The notes beneath the pieces were generated by a model. That model was given only the letters and a program-made list of their open reading frames with translations, was not told the DNA's origin and made no database searches. 32,000 bases of DNA. Origin: Geobacter metallireducens GS-15 (GTDB taxonomy: Bacteria > Desulfobacterota > Desulfuromonadia > Geobacterales > Geobacteraceae). Made by a program: the position numbers and the translations under genes. Below are positions 26,152-32,000 of this stretch, in pieces (the stretch's first letter is position 1; each line of letters begins with the position of its first letter). The stretch lies in NCBI RefSeq assembly GCF_000012925.1, contig NC_007517.1, positions 2,910,001 through 2,942,000 of the forward strand. Direction: 5' to 3'.

Positions 26152-27069
26152 CTAAAAGGAGATTCCAGTTATTCTTTTTCTGAACAGGAACACTCCCAGG
26201 AGACCGGAACCGACAAGCATGATGGTCCCCGGCTCAGGTACGGAATTCACTGCGGTATCGGTGTTCGCCCGGGCAAGGAAATAGTAAGATGAGCCTCCAT
26301 TCACCGTAAGGGGATCCGAGGTAAACAGATTCAATATATCCATGCCATTGAGCGGATCTGCCATGTCAAGGAGGGACATGGAAAAGAGAGGGGAATCAAA
26401 AGTAACCAGCGGGTTGAGCACGTAATTGAGTATCGATCCAGTAAATGTTCCCATCTCAAAATGTACTTGCGTCATGCCGTTTGTGGTAAAAGGCGGCTCT
26501 CCGAACGGGCTAACGCCCAGAGTGAAGGTGTAAATGTAATTCGCACTGGCCGTCAAGGCACCGGTTCCGGTTCCATTGACGTTCAAGAACTGGAGATACT
26601 GGGCTGAGTCCATGGCGCGCACACTGTGCCCCCCCAACGATCCGGCCATGGTCGATCCGATAACGGTAAATATCGAATTCAACGGGTCGGCCAGAGGGTC
26701 GGGATTCCCGATCAAAGGCGTCAACTCCGTGGCTGAGTTGACACGTGCAAAGCGGTTACTTGTCGAGTAAACGGGAACCGATGAGCCTATGGACCCGTCA
26801 ATTGCTCCGTTGAAGCTGCCGGTGTTGGATGCGGCTCCCGAAGCCACCAACGCACCCGTGTTGTCATAAATTCGGCCCGACACATTGCTCTCAAAGTCCC
26901 CATACGTAATGCTCAATGGGGCATTTGGAGCGTTGGTCGGCAACGAAAAAGAAATCGTGTCGATGCTGTTTTCGGTCATGAGCGTGACACCCCACGACAC
27001 CGACGCCTGCGCCAGCAGCGCCAACCCGCAAAATAAACCAGTTACCGCCTGCATCATGTGTTCTTTCAT
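26152..27069 (-). CDS. secreted PEP-CTERM sorting-domain protein
   Basis: N-terminal signal peptide (GLFCGLALLAQASVSWG). The C-terminal VPEPGTIMLVGSGLLGVFLFRKR is a PEP motif plus TM helix plus basic tail. RBS gggagg. GC content is visibly lower than in the core genes. Confidence 0.8.
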   Translation of the reverse strand: MKEHMMQAVTGLFCGLALLAQASVSWGVTLMTENSIDTISFSLPTNAPNAPLSITYGDFESNVSGRIYDNTGALVASGAASNTGSFNGAIDGSIGSSVPVYSTSNRFARVNSATELTPLIGNPDPLADPLNSIFTVIGSTMAGSLGGHSVRAMDSAQYLQFLNVNGTGTGALTASANYIYTFTLGVSPFGEPPFTTNGMTQVHFEMGTFTGSILNYVLNPLVTFDSPLFSMSLLDMADPLNGMDILNLFTSDPLTVNGGSSYYFLARANTDTAVNSVPEPGTIMLVGSGLLGVFLFRKRITGISF

Positions 27070-27406
27070 GACTAACCTCCCATTGTTAAGTACCGACGAA
27101 ACTCGACCGCCTGTCTTTATTGGGTACTGTTATTCCCCACTTCCAATGGTAACTTGGCATGTCAAGGGTAATAATTTCACAACAACTAAACCATGATCTC
27201 CAGATTTATCTTTGCAGATTTTGCTTTTTCCCAGCAAATAATTGCTCTCTGTTAAATAAATGAAGAATGATTCAGCCGCCAGATTCAAAGCAATCATCTA
27301 TCCTCGTGGTATTTTCCTACAGGTGATGAACTGACAATCGATCTCATGATGCATTAACGGACCGGCAGTCCACTCGGTTCGCGCTTCGGCTTATCAGCTT
27401 TCAGCC

Positions 27407-27435
27407 TTGACACCACTTCCGTGACTTGAGATAGT
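27407..27435 (+). promoter_or_regulatory. candidate sigma-70 promoter of the pentapeptide-repeat gene
   Basis: TTGACA (27407-27412), a 17-nt spacer, then GATAGT (27430-27435). Pattern match only. Confidence 0.3.
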
Positions 27436-27472
27436 GCAGACATGTGCATACTCTAATGATGGAGGCATAAAC

Positions 27473-27818
27473 ATGTTACGGAACAGGTTGTTGATGCTTG
27501 CAGCAATATCCGCCTGCAGTTTCGCAGGATCAATACCCGATTCCCATGGGTTTGACCCTGCTGTGATCGATCGCGCAAAGGCCCTCGGAGAATGCGAGGA
27601 ATGCGACTTTGCCCATGCCGACCTGGAGGGAGTCGACCTTAAGGGGGTGAAACTGGACGATTCCAATTTCGCCGGGGCCAACCTCAGCGGAGCGAAAATT
27701 GAAGATTGCGGTGAGTGCGACTTCTCCGACGCCGATCTGACAAATGCCCTCATGGAACGGGCAAGCCTGGACGAGGCGATATTCGTCAGAGCCAACGTGA
27801 GCGCGGCCAAGTGCGAAG
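27473..27818 (+). pseudogene. 5' part of a secreted pentapeptide-repeat protein gene, interrupted by IS21
   Basis: RBS ggagg and signal peptide MLRNRLLMLAAISACSFAG, then pentapeptide repeats (ADLEGVDLKGVKLDDSNFAGANLSGAKIED). The frame runs into the IS end and stops at 27835. Confidence 0.85.
27813..27818. repeat. target-site duplication GCGAAG (left copy)
   Basis: The identical hexamer directly abuts both IS21 termini. Confidence 0.8.
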
Positions 27819-27887
27819 TGTTAGCGGCAATGTAAAAATGACCCACCTCGGAAATTGAAAATTGACCCACTCTTCCTGATAACCTAG

Positions 27888-29722
<1,835 letters not shown>

Positions 29723-29794
29723 CCCAGGAAGGTGGGTCATTTTTCAATTGCCGATCAACCGGTAAAGTGGGTCAATTTTCGATTGCCGTTGACA

Positions 29795-29800
29795 GCGAAG
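29795..29800. repeat. target-site duplication GCGAAG (right copy)
   Basis: See the left copy at 27813-27818. Confidence 0.8.
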
Positions 29801-30255
29801 GGGCCTACATCCACCATTCCAGGTTCAACGGCGCCAATTTTACCGGCGCCGACATGAAGAAGGTGAATATTGAAAAAGGGAACTTCACCGACGCCAACCT
29901 GACAAATGCCAGTTTTACGGGGGCAAAGCTCAGATACGCGACATTCAAGGGCGCCGTTCTGAAAGGAGCGGATTTCTCCTTCGCAGACTTGTCCTATACC
30001 GACCTCAGTTCCCTGGATCTGGGAGGGGCAAATTTCCGGGGCGCCAACCTGGAGGGGACGACACTGACGGGGGCCACGTTCAACCGTGCGGATTTCAGGG
30101 GAGCAGACCTGACCCGTTCCCGCTACGGTGTGACGACCGTTTATGATTCTTCTTCAAGCAGATTGGTTGAAGATTTCGCGCCGGTCACTTGCGCTGAACT
30201 TCAAGATGCTGGAGCGACAATCGATTCGACGACGAAGTGCGTGAAGGGGCATTAA
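29801..30255 (+). pseudogene. 3' part of the interrupted pentapeptide-repeat protein gene
   Basis: Removing 27819-29800 joins ...AAKCE to GAYIHHSRFNGANFTGADM... in the same frame. The restored ORF is about 266 aa. Confidence 0.85.
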
Positions 30256-30346
30256 CAGGAGAAATAAGCGACATTTCCTGATTGAGAATGCGGACAAAAT
30301 TTGCAAGCGTTAATCGGGTAAGTTCCGGGGAGACAGAGTTGGAGAA

Positions 30347-30507
30347 GCATCTATTGTTGGATGCAGCAATCAAAATGATGGCGAATGAAAGCGTCTAATA
30401 TTAGATGCCTGAGGGACTGTCATAAGCATCTATTATTATATGCATCCCGGTATCTACAGTTAGATGCCGGGATATAGTATTAGATGCTTGCATATAATAT
30501 TAGATAC
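30347..30507. promoter_or_regulatory. array of six 18-bp imperfect palindromes GCATCTA-N4-TAGATGC (operator-, centromere- or iteron-like)
   Basis: Copies start at 30347, 30391, 30426, 30450, 30470 and 30490. The half-sites are gcatcta/tggatgc, gcgtcta/tagatgc, gcatcta/tatatgc, gtatcta/tagatgc, ggatata/tagatgc and gcatata/tagatac. The last three are spaced 20 bp apart. Confidence 0.7.
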
Positions 30508-30551
30508 CAGTCCTGGCCGGTCAATAACGAGTTAGGCAGAGAACAAACCAT

Positions 30552-31100
30552 ATGAATCTAGATGATCAAAGAGTAATTGAATTAAGCAAGAATAAAATCT
30601 TTCTACTGTTTTTAGGTGCGTGGGTATTTGTCACTATAGGGATTTGGTTGCTCCAAATGGATTCAGCCGAAATAGAATCTTCTCGTCGCTTTAATAGTCC
30701 ACTATTTGTTCACGCTATTGGGGTGATGGGAATCTTATTCTTTGGCTTTGTGGGAGTGTCTTGGGCCAATAAACTTTTCCGAAAAGAATCCGGTCTTATC
30801 TTGAGTCCAGCAGGGATAGTTGACAATTCCTGTGGATGGTCAGCGGGATTTATTCCATGGTCTGAAATTGTAGGCTTAGACATAATCCAGGTTCAATATC
30901 AAAAAATAATTATCATTAAGGTAACCAACCCTAATAAATATATCGAAGATAGAGGCATCGTAAAGCGAGTCTTCAACAGCGCGAATTTAAAGATGTATGG
31001 TAGTCCAATCACATTAACATCGAGCTCTTTGAAAATCAGTTTCAACGACTTGGTCGATGAGTGCCGTGCATATTTTGCAAAGTATGGGGGAAATGCCTAA
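30552..31100 (+). CDS. hypothetical two-TM membrane protein (182 aa), AT-rich gene
   Basis: Two hydrophobic helices (IFLLFLGAWVFVTIGIWLL and FVHAIGVMGILFFGFVGV) followed by a soluble C-domain. It may be a bacterial PH-like fold, but I cannot verify that. Confidence 0.55.
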   Translation: MNLDDQRVIELSKNKIFLLFLGAWVFVTIGIWLLQMDSAEIESSRRFNSPLFVHAIGVMGILFFGFVGVSWANKLFRKESGLILSPAGIVDNSCGWSAGFIPWSEIVGLDIIQVQYQKIIIIKVTNPNKYIEDRGIVKRVFNSANLKMYGSPITLTSSSLKISFNDLVDECRAYFAKYGGNA

Positions 31101-31199
31101 CAATCGGCTCCACGGGAATGCTTCGCGTCCCGTAAGCCTCTAGCCGTTGGAGAACCGCAAAGATTTGTTGCTGCAACAAATAAAAACTTGGAGGTGTGT

Positions 31200-31724
31200 A
31201 TGTTTGCAAAAGTCAGAAATGCGTCCATGGTGTTCCTTTGTGCGATGTTTTTAGCTGCATGTAGCTCATCAGGTACATTCACAATGAAGCAAGCGTTGAT
31301 TGAACCGATTAACAATCAAAAAACTGTGTCTATCTGGGTTAAATCCGATAAAGTTCCCGAAAGTGAAAAAGAAGACGCAAAGAAGGCTTGTAGTTCACTT
31401 CAAGAAAAATTGTATGCACGCCTTGTCTCTGAAGGTTTGTTTAAATCTTCAGTCATTTACCCCAATAAAGGGGACTATAGTTTGGAAGTGGACGTACTTG
31501 GCGTGCGATTGGTTTCAAATACTGCACGGTTATGGTTGGGCGTAATGGCAGGCGCAAGCGGGATTGAAACAAACGTTTTGTTACGTGACGAAACAGGCAA
31601 AGTTTTAGCTGAGTTCAATGCAGATGGAAGTTCTGCTACGCACCCAATGTCTTCTGAAAGTGGGTCAGACAATGCTGTTAATGAGCTTGCTACCGAGATT
31701 GCACAAGCTTTAAAACAGAGATAG
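31200..31724 (+). CDS. putative lipoprotein (possibly DUF4410-like)
   Basis: RBS ggagg. The signal peptide has a lipobox, MFAKVRNASMVFLCAMFLAAC. The ATG at 31200 is preferred over the listed TTG at 31188. The family call is from memory only. Confidence 0.6.
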   Translation: MFAKVRNASMVFLCAMFLAACSSSGTFTMKQALIEPINNQKTVSIWVKSDKVPESEKEDAKKACSSLQEKLYARLVSEGLFKSSVIYPNKGDYSLEVDVLGVRLVSNTARLWLGVMAGASGIETNVLLRDETGKVLAEFNADGSSATHPMSSESGSDNAVNELATEIAQALKQR

Positions 31725-31796
31725 TGAAACACCGAAGGGGCTGCCCTTGAAAGCAGAATGATATGAAAATGCGATCCCAACCAAACCCTTGACCCG

Positions 31797-31822
31797 CACC
31801 GGGGCTGAGAAACGCCCCGGTG
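31797..31822. other. 9-bp GC hairpin between convergent genes (possible terminator, no clear T tract)
   Basis: caccggggc (31797-31805) pairs with gccccggtg (31814-31822) around an 8-nt loop. Confidence 0.3.
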
Positions 31823-31870
31823 GCCGTTATACTAAGAAAAAAACTCAACGAAAGAGAAAATAAAGACTGC

Positions 31871-32000
31871 TCAGTGGCCGCGAACTGCACACTCTGACAA
31901 GAGTTCAACAACCCAGGCATTGATACTCTTGCCGTGAGCAGCAGCTTGTGCAGCGAGTCGCTGATGCAACGCGGGAGGTACCCGCAAGTTGAACTTTCCG
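31871..32000 (-). CDS. C-terminal part of a HicB-like / ribbon-helix-helix antitoxin (partial, continues beyond the window)
   Basis: My own minus-strand translation from 31999 gives GKFNLRVPPALHQRLAAQAAAHGKSINAWVVELLSECAVRGH, then a stop at 31873-31871. The FNLRxPxxLHxxLxxxAxxxGxSxNxxVxxLL pattern is typical of HicB/CopG-type RHH domains. This ORF is not in the supplied track. Confidence 0.55.
   Translation of the reverse strand, partial: GKFNLRVPPALHQRLAAQAAAHGKSINAWVVELLSECAVRGH

Noticed and set aside
27070-27400. Long 5' leader of the PEP-CTERM gene checked for a GEMM (cyclic dinucleotide) riboswitch, which is common in Geobacter
   Set aside because: I read the minus strand and found none of the conserved GEMM core sequences or paired-hairpin architecture.
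27394-27870. 158-aa minus-strand ORF across the pentapeptide-repeat fragment
   Set aside because: The periodicity of pentapeptide-repeat DNA keeps the antisense frame open. The plus-strand frame has an RBS, a signal peptide and continuity across the IS.

Overview
High-GC chromosomal window whose gene content and codon style suggest Desulfuromonadota/Geobacter (inference only). About 1-23.8 kb is mostly core: a truncated NtrC-type sigma-54 activator, an isochorismatase-family hydrolase, an IS110/IS1111-type IS, the operon dnaB > lpxA-like > unknown 435-aa protein, class I fumarase, a DUF815-like ATPase plus Trm112-methyltransferase, a DEAD-box helicase, an Old Yellow Enzyme, small membrane proteins, a 1892-aa double UvrA-like ATPase and mscS. 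About 23.8-32 kb looks accessory: a Tat multicopper oxidase with a PEP-CTERM protein, a secreted pentapeptide-repeat gene split by an IS21 element with a 6-bp target duplication, an AT-rich islet with an array of six 18-bp palindromes and two small envelope proteins, and a partial HicB-like antitoxin. The main observations worth a second look are listed here. (1) The four-NBD tandem UvrA carries the same palindromic repeat in frame at two loop/linker positions. (2) A 160-bp copy of the uvrA-like 5' region lies exactly 1380 bp upstream, and all 6 of its differences fall at third codon positions. (3) The IS110-family element has a roughly 280-nt 3' non-coding tail with a tandem 89-nt duplication of its end motif, which makes it a bridge-RNA candidate. 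(4) The GCATCTA-N4-TAGATGC array has no cognate binding protein in view. I saw no rRNA, tRNA or CRISPR array. I found no clearly novel multi-gene system. All family calls rest on motifs read by eye, not on searches.
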